Positions 12,445 to 25,375 of a stretch of DNA of 64,000 bases are shown here, one piece after another; within the stretch, counting starts at the first letter, position 1, and each line of letters starts with the position of its first letter. The DNA is taken from NCBI GenBank assembly GCA_002633005.1, contig NMRA01000481.1, forward strand, positions 186,001 to 250,000. The letters are read 5' to 3'. The DNA comes from Phoronis australis (lineage: Eukaryota; Animalia; Phoronida). The translations under genes were made by a program, and so were the position numbers. The notes beneath the pieces are model-generated. The model saw only the letters and a program-made list of their open reading frames with translations. It ran no database searches and was not told where the DNA came from.

Positions 12445-13388
12445 CTGTTGGCAGAAGGATTACACCAAATTAGAAACCAATGCATTAACAAAACAAATGC
12501 GTATGTCAGGTCAATTAAAATCCTAATGCAGGATCACCTTTGACACCATTGTTTTGGTCCATGGTTTTGGGGGAACTGTTTTATTGCTTTAAATTGGCAT
12601 GTTATATAACCATGGCCCCAATGGAGCTGAATGATTGCTTCAGCGGGAAGATTCTTACCTCTGGTAACTCAATTTCTTTCAGCTTAAACTTTGAGATTTT
12701 GACTTGACCTAATTAATATGGCATGGAACTTTAAAAAATGACAACAGTTTGTGATTTTATTAGCATCTTTTGCGTATACGGTCACAGGTGTCTCATTTAA
12801 TTGTTTGGAACATTTAAGCACGGTAGACAAGTGAAATCTCACTAATTTTTAAAAAAATTTTCACAACCAGTAAGTGGCAAAAAATAAACACTTTATTAGA
12901 AGTCCTAAAAAATAGCCAGACAATATTTTGAGGAACTGTGGTCATTCACAACAATGCCTTCGACAAGTAAAAAATTATCAGTTTTGGCACTTATTTCAGA
13001 GTGAAAATGTTGAGACTTTACTGTATCCAATTTCATGGGATGCCTGAAATTCAAAGCATCATCAACGAGACACTGCCTCTAATGAGAAACCCCCCGCCCC
13101 AAGGACCTCCAACACAATAACTGATCAAGAACGGGGACAAAACGCACAAGCTTACAAATGTATATCTAGTGCCTAACACATGTGACCAGTGACCACTCAG
13201 TTGCAATTAGAATCCAGAAAAGATGAATTCAGTTGCAAAACAAACTGGCACGACTAAATTAAGTGATTCATTAAAAATAAAAAAACGGGATAACACGACT
13301 AGCTCTGGATTCAAGTTATCTCCACTTAAAAGTACCGTCATCTACAATGACATCACAAGAATGATGAGTGACCTTGAGACCTACTGAC

Positions 13389-13480
13389 CTCTATGTAGTC
13401 TGAGTATCCGGGGGCAATCTCATCACTGACTGGGTCCAAGAATGGCCACGCATCTTTGTGGGTTTTCACACTTTCCAAAA
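13389..13480 (-). CDS. CECR2: CECR2 exon, bromodomain ZA loop ([30 protein letters not shown])
   Basis: WPF shelf and APxY motif; phase 1 to 0. Not in the ORF track. Confidence 0.96.
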
Positions 13481-13734
13481 CTGAAAAATGGACAAGAGGA
13501 TTGACCAAAAGCAGTTTAAGGAGACAAGAACCTGATTTGAAGAAAATTGGCTACTGTTAGCGAGAAAGACTTTCGAGCAGTTGTAATTTTTCTTCACAGT
13601 GTGGCCATGACTTCAACATGGAAAAGATTTTGTTGTAAACCTTCCCTTCTACGTATAACTCTTCCTGACATGAGACTTAACTTAATCTGAGAAAAGAACA
13701 AGGTTTCACTGAATACATAGCAACCAAATTTTAC

Positions 13735-13778
13735 CTTTAAACATACTGACGATGACATCTTCATCAAGATCAAGTGAC
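13735..13778 (-). CDS. CECR2: CECR2 44-nt exon (SLDLDEDVIVSMFK)
   Basis: Bridges the phase-2 donor at 14358 and the phase-1 acceptor at 13480; resembles the vertebrate segment LDDDFTAMYK. Confidence 0.85.
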
Positions 13779-14357
13779 CTAAAATCGAAATAAATACAAA
13801 AATTAAAATACCAAACACAGCATGTAACAGCCCTCAACACAGAGTCACACAAATGGGCAGACATACAGTCACTTAGAACAGTGGGCAGAAAGAACACAGG
13901 GCGAGGCCTGCGTCGATCCTTCAGACACACTAACGCATGCACAGTACAAGGCAAAAGTAATCAGACAAAATGCAGTTTTCCCCGTCACCGCAGCTAATTC
14001 TGTTCGTGGCAAAATTCTAATCATTCTTGATTACGAGGGAAGTCTACTCTGACGATGAATTTGGCTTCTGCCCAGTCGTCATGACGGCGAATTCTGGGTC
14101 ATTTTGTCTGAATACTTTTGGCTTGTACTGTATGCCAGTCGGTTGAGCCACAGGACGTTTGAAGTGGGAAACTAAAAAATCCAAGGGGGGTTATTGCTGA
14201 GCCACACGTGGGCGTCGATCCACATAGCTATAGTAGCCACAGTGGCACACATGTCATACAAAAGACAGAGCTCTGCCTATGCACATATTTTCCTACATAG
14301 GAAACGTGAAAAAATGTGACCAGCATTTTCTGGTCTTGGCCACTAGGTGATGCTCAC

Positions 14358-14469
14358 TTCACACTGCTGTTCACTTGTAGTTCCTCAGGCTGCAGGTGTG
14401 GGGGTAGCTCCAGCCCCTGGGCCAGGTACTCTGCCCTCTCCTCCCTCAGTCTGGCTCTTTTTGCTCGAT
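14358..14469 (-). CDS. CECR2: CECR2 exon (DRAKRARLREERAEYLAQGLELPPHL...)
   Basis: Close match to the vertebrate CECR2 segment [24 protein letters not shown]; canonical splice sites. Confidence 0.95.
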
Positions 14470-14756
14470 CTGTAACGAACAGGAATGAGTCAATGGCGCG
14501 GCAAACGCGGCAGGTTGAATATTACAAATAACGAATGTAAGTAAACTTCACAGCAAACAATTGTGAAAACGCCAGGTCAGATAACAAGGTAGTTTTCAAA
14601 AGTAACAATTGGTATTAGTTCATAACAAAATCGGAAAACGTGGGCAAATCATGGTTAACTAGTACTGCCCTGATGTTTCACTGTTACATGTCTTCTGCCA
14701 TACCTTTGATGAAACTTGATGTCATAACACATCCTGCAGTCATTGCTCAACCATAA

Positions 14757-15489
14757 CTTCACCCCTACCTTACTTTACTCTTTACTATCTCTTTCTTCTT
14801 GTCTCACACGTCTCTCCTCCACTCTCTAAGCCTCACATATCTCCTTCACCACCCACACCTTCACCCTTCACACCTACCTTCCTTCACTCTATCTCTTTCT
14901 TCTGGCCTCACACGTCTCACCTCCAGTCTCTAAGCCTCACATGTCTCCTTCACCATCCATACCTTCACCCTTCACACCTACCTTCCTTCACTCTATCTCT
15001 TTCTTCTTGCCTCACGCGTCTCTCCTCCACTCTCTAAGCGTCACATATCTCCTTCACCATCCATACCTTCACCCTTCACACCTACCTTCCTTCACTCTAT
15101 CTCTTTCTTCTTGCCTCACACGTCTCTCCTCCAGTCTCTAAGCCTCACATATCTCCTTCACCATCCATACCTTCACCCTTCACACCTACCTTCCTTCACT
15201 CTATCTCTTTCTTCTTGCCTCACACGTCTCTCCTCCAGTCTCTAAGCCTCACATATCTCCTTCACCATCCATACCTTCACCCTTCACACCTACCTTCCTT
15301 CACTCTATCTCTTTCTTCTTGCCTCACACGTCTCTCCTCCAGTCTCTAAGCCTCACATATCTCCTTCACCATCCATACCTTCACCCTTCACACCTACCTT
15401 CCTTCACTCTATCTCTTTCTTCTTGCCTCACACGTCTCTCCTCCAGTCTCTAAGCCTCACATATCTCCTTCACCATCCATACCTTCACC
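14757..15489 (-). repeat. 104-bp tandem repeat, ~7 copies, truncated by the N at 15490
   Basis: Period measured between CGTCTCTCCT at 15121 and 15225. The + strand is extremely C/T-rich, and copies diverge toward 14757. Confidence 0.97.
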
Positions 15490-15511
15490 NGGCTGTCAAT
15501 CAATCACTCAC

Positions 15512-15621
15512 CTTTGAACTTTTGAGTAAGCTCCTCCCACTGTTCCAGAGTTGAGCAAACAAGACACCAGCTGGGGACCACTAGTGGAGGTACAGGTTCC
15601 TCGCCACCACCTTCTTCATCA
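15512..15621 (-). CDS. CECR2: CECR2 exon (DEEGGGEEPVPPLVVPSWCLVCSTLEQWEELTQKFK)
   Basis: WxLxCxTxxxW motif of the CECR2/RSF1-type WHIM region; phase 2 to 1. Confidence 0.92.
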
Positions 15622-15860
15622 CTACAACAAAAGGAGTCCATCGTTAACAAGGCGACGACGGTCTGGTAGTCTTCTGTATGATAAACATCTTCCACTACAG
15701 TCCTATGATATTATTTGCCACCACGTCCAATCACGTGGCAATCACGAATCTGAACAAGAATACAACAATGTAGAAAAAGCCGATATGTTGACATATTAAT
15801 ATTACCATAAAGTCTCAATAATTTAGGATAAAACATCATAAGTAACACTAAATAAGTGAT

Positions 15861-16070
15861 GTACATGCGCGCACCCAGCCTAACATGTAGGGGGATTGAT
15901 TTTTCGGCAATGTGGACCTTTTATTAACAAAACAGACAAACAGACCGGAGGACTAAAAAAAAATGAGTACCACGTTCAGTCGAGCTATGAATTGTGCATT
16001 TGCGCCTTTTCAGTGGACTTTTGTCTCATTTTCTTTCTCTGAGGCAGACCTAGGTGCACGCATGACGTAC
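15861..16070. mobile_element. MITE-like element; related end at ~26655-26690
   Basis: Inverted ends GTACATGCGCGCACCCAG / CTAGGTGCACGCATGACGTAC. GCACCCAGCCTAACA recurs reverse-complemented near 26670. Confidence 0.6.
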
Positions 16071-16310
16071 CCTTTCATAAGATCTATGCCATAGGTACCA
16101 TGTGGCAATGTTTCTGAAAATGATGGAAATTCAGAACAAAGTCAGAAGTCCTTGAAAAACGAAGGAATACCAGATTTGGCAATTTATTATTTTTGTTCAA
16201 TATTGTGTAGGAAAAACCTGCGAAGTCTGTTACAAGCATCAACAGAACAACAAAAACAGATAAAAACAACAACAGCAACAACGCCACCTATCAGAACACG
16301 AGGCAATTAC

Positions 16311-16409
16311 CTGGTCTCCCTGTCAGTTTTATTTTTTCCTCTCGCCTTCGCCTTTGACCTATGCTTGCCCTTCTTCTTCTTGTCCTTTTGTTTGGCTTTG
16401 TGCTTTGAT
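16311..16409 (-). CDS. CECR2: CECR2 lysine-rich exon (SKHKAKQKDKKKKGKHRSKAKARGKNKTDRET)
   Basis: Phase 2 to 2, canonical sites; basic NLS-like stretch continuing the previous exon. Confidence 0.88.
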
Positions 16410-17647
16410 CTGTTGCAAAAAAACACTTACTAAAATAACATCAGCCACATACAGTTGACAACACAAGTAATGAGGCAAAATACCGTTTCCTGACAAGACG
16501 GCTAATTACATAAACAGCAAAAGTGACAGGTAATAACTATCGGGACTGAAAAGTTTCATGTATATTATGGCTTAGTCACTTCTGTTAACTCCTTTTCATT
16601 CTCCGTCATTAGGGGAGGCTACACTGACGTTGAATTACGCTTCTGACCAGTGACCACGACAGGGAATTAAGGGTAATTTTTATACAATACCTTTGGCGTA
16701 TACTGTACTATTAATATTAACATAGTTGGTCACAAATTTACCGTTGTTTCAGGGCTTGGAATGACCACTGATAAAAATAGAGGAACTTTTCCAGTTGATG
16801 TATTGTTCCTCAAATAAATAGGCTTGTGTGATAGAAATATTTTTGTGTTGTAAAATTTAAATGAAGAAAGTGTTAATTTGGATGAATAAAGTTAAAATAA
16901 GGCTAAAAAGAGACGAAAAAGAGGAAACTGGAAATCAAATAAGAGGAAATCGAAACCAAAAAAACAGAAAATCCTCTTGAGGAAAATTCCAAGCCCTTTT
17001 GTTTAAAGATGCTTGAACCGGCCGTTCGTCAAACAAAATTCCTTTTGATTTAGTGCACTTGTCTTGTCATCACAAAAATGGTCTCAAAATATTCCTTTTG
17101 CAGATTACAAGTGATGTCCTGTCCTGTATTAAACCAAGCTCAACCAAGCAGCGCGTCACGTCTGGCCATTTTATTTGCAAAAGTTGATCCGTTGATTCTT
17201 TCCAAGCATAGACATCGCTATTAATCAGAGTCAAAGACAAACTGAAAAGTGGTCTAAAACCGGGTTCGACATAACAACTACTGGGTTGAGAATTTTGACC
17301 TGAATTTTTCAATTAGGGCCTGGAAAATAATAACAGTGGATGTGATTCAATCCAAAATCAAGTTATTTGGGGGGGGGTTGAAAATTTTCATAACGGTTAT
17401 AAATATGGTCTAATAGTACAACATTTGCATAAGACTTGACATGGTTTTGCCCAGGGCAGAGAACTTTTTGTAGAAGCCAAGTATGTGCGATAATTAGTAT
17501 AGAACGTTGTTCCTTTGTGCCTGTACACCCACGAATGATGGGGGCCCAATGGGGGCTTTCTAAGGTATAACATCTATGTCAAAATGCAAGAGCAACACAA
17601 CGCAATGCAAATGAAAAGAAGTCTTCCAGCACCGGTAGCATACTCAC

Positions 17648-17799
17648 TTCTTTTTGTCTTTGCGTTTTTTTGTTGAAGGTGGTGGCGGCGGTGGCGGCGG
17701 ATCCTCGCGATATAACCTGGTTCCATAGAAATACCAGTAGGTGGAGCCGTTGTTGTCTATTCCTAAGGGTTCCACACGTAGACCGTCACCATCCAAACC
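17648..17799 (-). CDS. CECR2: CECR2 exon (GLDGDGLRVEPLGIDNNGSTYWYFYGTRLYREDP...)
   Basis: Diagnostic LRVEPLGxD...YWYFYGTR motif. Confidence 0.97.
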
Positions 17800-18103
17800 C
17801 TGTGAAAAGACAAGCCAATCCCTTCTGTCAATTAACAATGGCTTTGAAACTGCTGCAGCAACTAAACACAGAAAACACAACATCCTTTGTTCCATCTTGA
17901 TAAAACTATATTCTAAATAACACAAAGGTTCATTACGCAAGATATTGCACAGCAGATATTATAAACCAGTGCTCTCAACTGTCAGAGAAGAATAAAACAA
18001 AATGGTAGCCACCTTAGCTGAGCTGATCAACAGTGAAAATTAAATTAAGTCGTTTACTTGCTCCAAGTATTCCTTACCGTGATAGAATTTCATTTCCGTA
18101 AGG

Positions 18104-18286
18104 AATTCAAGTCGCAAGCAATGCGTACGTGCACCATTTTCAAATTCGCAATTTTAGGATTCCACGTCCGTTACCATGAAGAACATCGAAACCACCAGTG
18201 ACTCAAGAAAACGCTTCAGCGTTTATTGGGATTGGCAAAAGGAAATTCAAAAATGGCGCGTGTACGCATTACCTGTGACTTGAGTT
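18104..18286. mobile_element. Fold-back MITE-like element with ~44-bp imperfect inverted arms
   Basis: Left arm AATTCAAGTCGCAAGCAATGCGTACGTGCACCATTTT; right arm reverse complement AACTCAAGTCACAGGTAATGCGTACACGCGCCATTTT. Confidence 0.75.
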
Positions 18287-18978
18287 GGTGACCGTTTCAT
18301 AAGACTAAAAGGGTAAAATACAGCTTCGAGATTAAGATAAAGTGATGTGGTTTTTATGTGAACTAAAAGAACAAATGGTTATTGAATGGAGGTCTGATTT
18401 GAAAAAAAATTTCAAAAGAAGCTCGCTTGAATGTTCACATCGTTACTTATTTGTCGCTCAAGAGGCGTTAACGCGCTTCACACACAGACCAGGATTGTCT
18501 TCTGTAAAAAAAGAAACTTGCCAAAAACGCAAGTTTCCACAAGTTTTTGCGAGATATTGTCACGCAGCACAAGCCAGACACTATTCTTTTTCTCGCAAAT
18601 ATGTTAAGTCTTGAACTTAACGTAGATGGGCCCCAACATCAATTAGTAGTTAGACACCAAAACTTCCGTCTCAGCAAAGAGTGAAAATTGACTACTCAAC
18701 CCCACAAAATAGGTCTCAAAAACTTCCATGCTACTTCGATTCTCGAACATTTTATTCGAGATATCGACAAGGAAACAAATAAGTGCCAAAACCAACAAGT
18801 TTCAGAAAGTTGGTCAACCCTTTCAAAATTGCGCCACTCCATATACCTAATAAGAAATTCTGCGGCCACATTGTTAAAATCAACTGTTTCGATTTTTCAC
18901 AATTATCTTGATTTATGACTTTTCATGTTATGGTTATAGATACGAAGAAAATGGCTTTTCAGATGCATCAAACCATAC

Positions 18979-19165
18979 TTTGAGTAAATCCATCACATCG
19001 TCTGCATCAAGTCTAAAGTTGCACAGCTCATGAATGACCTCGACCTTTGTTCGGAGAGGAAGTTTGCGGAATTCCGGTATGTCCTCCATGGGGTTCGGCC
19101 GCCCTGTGTCCGTCTCGTATCGAATTTTCAAGATGTCATTGAGGTAGTGCTCAAAGTTGAACTCT
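18979..19165 (-). CDS. CECR2: CECR2 exon (EFNFEHYLNDILKIRYETDTGRPNP...LPLRTKVEVIHELCNFRLDADDVMDLLK)
   Basis: Matches the CECR2 segment [23 protein letters not shown]; phase 2 to 0. Confidence 0.97.
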
Positions 19166-20394
19166 CTGTTTTGAAAAAAAGATCGTTTTTATAAAGAATT
19201 TCAGAAATACATACAGAGATAGCTCAATATGTCAAAGGCCTTATGAAAACAAATATTAATATTGTATAAAATAGCACAAGTGTACCCATTTTCCACACCA
19301 TTTTAGCCTATTTTGCGGTATCGCATAAATTCTTTAGATTTTATGTAAAAAAATGGACAAGATGTATCAAAAATATTTTCTGGGCTTTTGAAAGATATTA
19401 TCAGATGGAAAATTGTTTAAGAGGTTAGAATTTTGTAAGCATTTAAAGACAACACACTTGACTCATGCAAGTGTGTACTAACGATCAACACTCCACAACT
19501 CAACCTTTCAAGCATGTCTCTGGCGTGATTTGGTGACAGTTAACGATTCAACTAAAGAATGATACACTATTGTGCATTGCTGCTTCAAATCCACTTTGTT
19601 TTTCAAAGTGAGAATTTTGCTATAGTCTGCTTCTAATGCTTACCACCTGCCGTGTTCGACGCTTGGTACAATGTTAACTCACTAAGTGCGACCTGGAAAA
19701 TTTCCTAGGCCGCCAAAAAGGAAGGGAAATCATCAAACTTCGTTGACAAGCGCAGAAAATGAAATAAAAGAGATATCTGAAGTGAAAAGCTGTCCAAACC
19801 CGAGCAAATGAGCGCATTTTTTTGCTCAAATAGAAAATTAGTGTCTTATTTGCTTGGTGATGACTAATTTGCTCTTCTCAGACCCAGTACTCCATGCACT
19901 GACCGATCCCCTTGGACACACAAATACAATCGGGGATTTCCGATTTTTGTCGAAAGATTGCCTCTTTCCAGTTTGCTTCTTGCAGTAGTTTGAGTACGTG
20001 CTTGGGTGTGACGTAGTGACTTCCTGGCAACCTGGTATTTTTACCAGGTTTCTAAACAAAATCTGAGGTGGCATTGGCGACCTACAAATCGAGCCATGAC
20101 CTGCGTTCTATAAAACCAAGATTTTGCAGTAATTAAGACACCCCACGTGGAGACTCCGGTAAGACTGTGAAAATAGTTTCCACAAAAAATGTAAATGTTG
20201 ATTGTGGGTACACTATTGCTTGTAGGATTGTTGCAAAATAATAAAACAGAAAAATAGTGTGACTTTTTAACTTAATGTTCATGTAAAAAATAGACATTTG
20301 TGCACATGAAACAGGGAAAGCCAGCCTTTTCTTGGATACCAACCAGGAACATTTTTAATGATTACAAACTATTTTATTTGGTATCAAGAAATGT

Positions 20395-21850
20395 TCAGGT
20401 TGTCGAGGCTGAAATTGCCACGAATGTACGCGTTTTGTTGACCATCGAATGGCTCGCAAGAAGAAGTTTGACTGCCAGTACGCTCAACTGACTGGTGATC
20501 ATCTTAATATTGCAAATAAACGTGACCATCAAGTGTTCAGCAACAAGAATTTTCATCAGATAGTTCAACACTGAAGAAAAGCGGGAAACTTTGAAGAGCA
20601 AGCCCTATCTTATCCCTCAATCCTACGCTTGATGCTAACGGTGTCCTGGTTGTAGGAGAAAGATTGAAGCGCGCTGTGATAGCGTTTACGAAACATCACA
20701 CAATAATTCTCCCTAAGAATAGCCACCTATGTGACTTGGTTATATGCGATGCACATGAGAGGTTGGGATACGCAGGAAGAAACCATACCCTAGTGAAAAT
20801 ACGCGAAAAATGCTGGGTTATCCACACCAACTCAAATAATTGACGAATTTTGCGACAGCGTGTTATATGCAAACACCTACAGGGTTCAACGTCGTGCCAG
20901 AAAATGTCGGACTTGCGTACAGATAGGCTCTCATGACGTCCCCTTAGCCCAGATGGGCGTTCATTATCTGGGATCATTTATAGTGAAAGAAGGCTGACAA
21001 GAATGGAAGCGATATGCAGTTGTCTTCACCTGTCTCAGTATGCGAGCTGTTCATGTAGAAATTTCTAGAAACCTCGATGTGAGCTCCTTTATAAATTCTC
21101 ACCGTCGGTTTATGGCTCGGAGGGGTGAAATGAAAGAAATCCGCAGCGATAATGGAACAAATTTTCGCGGAGTTGGCCATGAACTGAGATTGGAGATTTC
21201 TAGATGGAACCAGCAACAAATCCATGATGAACTGCTGAGCCATGAGGTAAAATGGAAATTTAATCCACCAACTGGAAGCCACCATAGAGGCGTGTGGTAA
21301 CGACGAGTTCGCAGTATCAGGAAGATACTCAAAGGACTGTTAAGGTCGCATGGGCAAAATCTCAAAGACGATGCTTTCCACACTCTCATGTGTGAGGTCG
21401 AATCCAGCATTAACAGCCGGCCACTGACGACTGTTACCGACAATCCAAATGATGTTGACATGCTGACACCAAACCACATTCTGACGCTACGGTCGCAATG
21501 GCCAGGAGAGTTCGAGCAAGGTGCCGCCAGGAGAGTTCGAGCAAAGTGATCTTACATGTCACAAAATGTGGAAGCGTGTACAGTATCTAGTGACCTGCTT
21601 TAGGAACCGATGGCGAAAGGAATATTTAGTCACTCTACAAGAACGTTAGAAGTGGAAACGTGCTGACAGAAATTTATTGGTCAACGAGCTAGTGCTAATT
21701 GTTGACGATAACATTCCGTGGAATTTTTGGAAGATGGCTTGTGTGGTGGAGCTGTTTCCAGACAGTGATGGACACGTTAAAGTAAAAAATCGGTTTATGT
21801 CTCTCATTAGACCTACCGTATAACTAGACCTATTTCTCGAGACTAATAAA
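20395..21850 (+). mobile_element. Decayed BEL/Pao LTR-retrotransposon pol fragment (integrase), intronic and antisense to CECR2
   Basis: Motifs FTCLSMRAVHVE, RRFMARRG, SDNGTNF, WKFNPP..HxxGVW*, EVESSINSRPLT, LTPNH and RWRKEYL. Several stops and frameshifts; no LTRs seen. Confidence 0.93.
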
Positions 21851-22125
21851 TCCATTATATTTGTTTCAGAGAAACCTGCCTTGTCGGATTGAAAGTACAT
21901 TATCTTAGATTGTGAATAAACGCAATATATCCGACCACCCGTGTGTTCTAAGCCCATGGCTCCTACACTGCTATTACTGTGGCCAAAAACCTGAATTTAA
22001 CAAAACATTTCCAAGCAAGAGAAAAGCTCGACCATCAAGAACAAATGCATACTGTGTCCAAGAAGACATTTCAAGTCTTACGGAGTAAAAAACACTTATA
22101 AGCTCAAAATCTTTTCCCCACTTAC

Positions 22126-22232
22126 ACAATATCAGTGCGTCCATAGCAGCCGTTCAGTAAACGACAGACAAGGTCAGTGACAAAAGTGGAACCATCTATG
22201 GTGGCTGAGGCCAGGAGACCATCTTCAAGCTC
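22126..22232 (-). CDS. CECR2: CECR2 exon (ELEDGLLASATIDGSTFVTDLVCRLLNGCYGRTDI)
   Basis: Matches ELEAAL...DLIACLLQGCY; phase 0 to 2. Confidence 0.95.
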
Positions 22233-24337
22233 CTGAAACCAGACAGTCTCATTAGATTTCACAATTCAATGAATTCGCCATGTGAGGTATACAAACCGGT
22301 AACGAGTAAAACAAAGTCAAATCTGAAACAAATCTAGTTACAAAATGTATAAGATATCCTTGATGATCTTTAGAACCTGAAATGGTCATCGATTATTTAT
22401 TGTCACGAGTTTGTTTAATAATTTCGATAGTGATAGTGTGCATTACAAATCACGAACATCAATCGTCCTTCTTGTAAACAAAATCTCAACTTACAAATTG
22501 ACACCCAAACACAAACCAAATACTCTAAAACCCAAAATTAGGAAAAAAACCACTAGCAATTCATATTTGAAAAGATTGGTGAAATTAGTAGAACATTCTT
22601 ATCATTGCAATTTATGTTAACTTCCAGAGACTCCAGTTCGTGTCCACTGAACTCAAGCCAACATTTTCCTTGTAAATAATTGTGTGTAGCACAGTGCTAC
22701 TCCGAAATGTAGGGGGATTTTTACTCATGACGAGTTCGAATTTCTCAAGACAAATTCAAATGTGCAACTGCTCCTCATGTGTCTTTCAAGGAGCTAGTAA
22801 CAAGGCTTTACTGAACACTTCAACAAAATGAACCTTATAGCAAAGGAGGACTGAAAAAAATCTCAGCCATCCATCCGACACTTAAGAGATATCCTGCTTC
22901 CAATCTGCCAAGCCAGAATGAATATCCTGGAGAGCCGGAAATCAAACTCTGGTCAAAAGAATGCCACCGAGACATATTAACCCCGACATGATCAAGACTA
23001 ACCAAAACATTGATTCTTTGTTTATCTTCTTCCTCCGTCCATTACAAGGACTTGATAGGAGAGGCGTTCTGATGGGTTAAAGGTTTAGGTGTCAGGCTGT
23101 TTCAGAGGTGGAAGACCATCATTATATGGTACTGTCGTCATGAAGAAAACAAGCATTTCCATCAAGTGGTGGGTTTAAGGACGCAGGACGCCTGAGAAGG
23201 AATTTGCAGCGGATACCTTACAGCAAATGATCCTATATCCTGAGACCAGTTTAGATTAACCTCATTCCATGTTCAGTGCTTTACGTCTCCTCATGTTCTA
23301 AGATGACACTTGCAGTCTCTAGCTGTGTTTTGACGATGGCCTACGTACAGTTAGCTAGTTGTCTAGCCTACACCAGGCGGAAGATTACTAGAGCTTGGGG
23401 ATATGCATCTAAGTTTTATATACCTTTCCTGACTTTTAAGATAAAACCTTGCCTAATTTGGAAGGGCTAAAAGGAGGAATTCATTAATGTTTAGCTATCA
23501 ATGTTGAATTCTTAACCGATTCGCTATGGGGTTTAAAATCATTAACAATCAATCTTATCTGGTCCTGAACTGTTGTTGAATGTACCCGTATCTCAATGCA
23601 ATGCTTACAAATGCCATTTTAGAATTTGCACTATGTCTGGTAGACAATGCCAATAAATTTCGAAGCTTGCGTTTTCTTGAGACACTGATGATTTTGATGT
23701 TCTTGTCCGAAACAGAAATCAAGTTCTACGACAGTAAGAATATCAGATCACTTTCAATAAGCTTAAGTGATTTAATTCATTTTTCTTTTTTGGAAGCTAT
23801 AGATAATGAGTAAATGCAGCTTTATATTTTTAAATCAATCTGTCCTGATTGTAACACAGAGATTTGACGTCATAGTTGAGATGGAAAATCCATCTATGAC
23901 AGCCATTGTCGTCAGGTGGAGCATTTCAATCATGTATGGTTTTTGAGAAGAATGATGATTTCCTGATGTTGGTTGGGAACATCTGATAGATTACTGTAAT
24001 ATCAAAATAACAGTAGTTGCTCTGTTTACTTAGAAGTGACACCGGAAATGAGCAATGGCACCTGTCACTTCAGCCTAGCCTTATGAAATGAATAACTAAG
24101 AAAACAGTGACCCAGTTCAGGCATTAAAACTTTCAAGGTTTAAAAAGGGTTCTCCTCAAGGCCAAGGTCAAGGTCATTCTTAAATTGGATCTTGATGGAA
24201 CCCCAAATTTGGGAAATGCCCACAAAATTATTTCAAGATGTCAGACATAATTAAGATGCAGAAACTCATTGAAAACGGTGGAATCATGGTTAAGACAACC
24301 TGACCTATAGTTAGTATTAAACAAAAGATAAGCTTAC

Positions 24338-24426
24338 CTCTATATCGAAGTCTGACAAGTTGAACGCGGCGCGGAAAAGTGAACAGAAATGAGCGATACT
24401 TGGGACCTCATACCATGATCGGATTT
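24338..24426 (-). CDS. CECR2: CECR2 exon (EIRSWYEVPSIAHFCSLFRAAFNLSDFDIE), DDT-like domain
   Basis: Near-identical to the CECR2 N-terminal RSWWEVPAIAHFCSLFR motif; phase 1 to 0. Confidence 0.97.
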
Positions 24427-25375
24427 CTGAAAGAAAATGAGAAAATGCAGCAAACACATTTGTTTGTAATGAATAAATGGGTACTTTGTGCAACATTTAA
24501 GTGAATTTTCATGACTTCGAACTGAGACTTCTTTAAAAATACAAGTATTATATACCTTCCATGGTTACTTTGTTCATTAAACGTCGTGATGTCACGAACG
24601 TTAGACGGCAGCACAAAATCAAATAGCCTTAAAATAATTAAGGTAAAAGAAATTATTGTACTTACTACATCTATTCACAATTATTTTATATTTTATATAA
24701 ATTAATTTCATAAATAAACTTTCTTTTTTGTCATTTTATTGCGAAATTAGGATTATATGATTTGTCACTTGGGTTATTTATCCAAGCGACCGGAAACCGG
24801 GTGGGTTGTGGGATCGTTTAATGCTCGAAAGGGAAAGATGTCATTTGGCCAAGTCAGCGAAGGTGGACATTTGGCTTAAGCTAACTGTTGATGATAGCTG
24901 CAGGGTGAGTGCGCTTTTAATTTTCAAGCTTGATACTTAGTACATTTACTTAATCATTTATGTTTACTATGCATTACACGAAACAAAACCTCCGCAACAC
25001 TTCGCTTGCAAGAATGACTCACTTGCATTTTCAATAAACAAATGAATGATTGAATCGCAGCCTTTTCGCGGGTTGTTACTGTCACTGTCTGGGTCATGGG
25101 AGCTTATTTCTATCTTATAGAACACTCCTCTCATATACACCTTAGTAAATAAGGGAGTATTGCTTATGCCATTACATAGCTATACATAGATCCGCCAGAA
25201 GTCTGCGAGGTTCACAGTCTCTCAACATGATATTTGACTCTGATTTACGTTGATTGCTGTGATTGGTTGCTGCTTGAACTTCGGCTTCGGTCGAGGTCAT
25301 TTATTATCTGATCCCGATTGAAGGTCAAGTAGCAGGTACGCGTGCATCACATAGTGTCAAAATTACAAGGCTTAC

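Noticed and set aside
14757-15489. Series of genuine 52-nt micro-exons separated by 52-nt GT-AG introns
   Set aside because: There is no pyrimidine tract before the AG, and 52-nt units would shift the frame. An amplified exon end explains it better.
15622-15749. Longer CECR2 exon using the AG at ~15750
   Set aside because: All three frames hit stops; the acceptor at 15621 fits both phase and homology.
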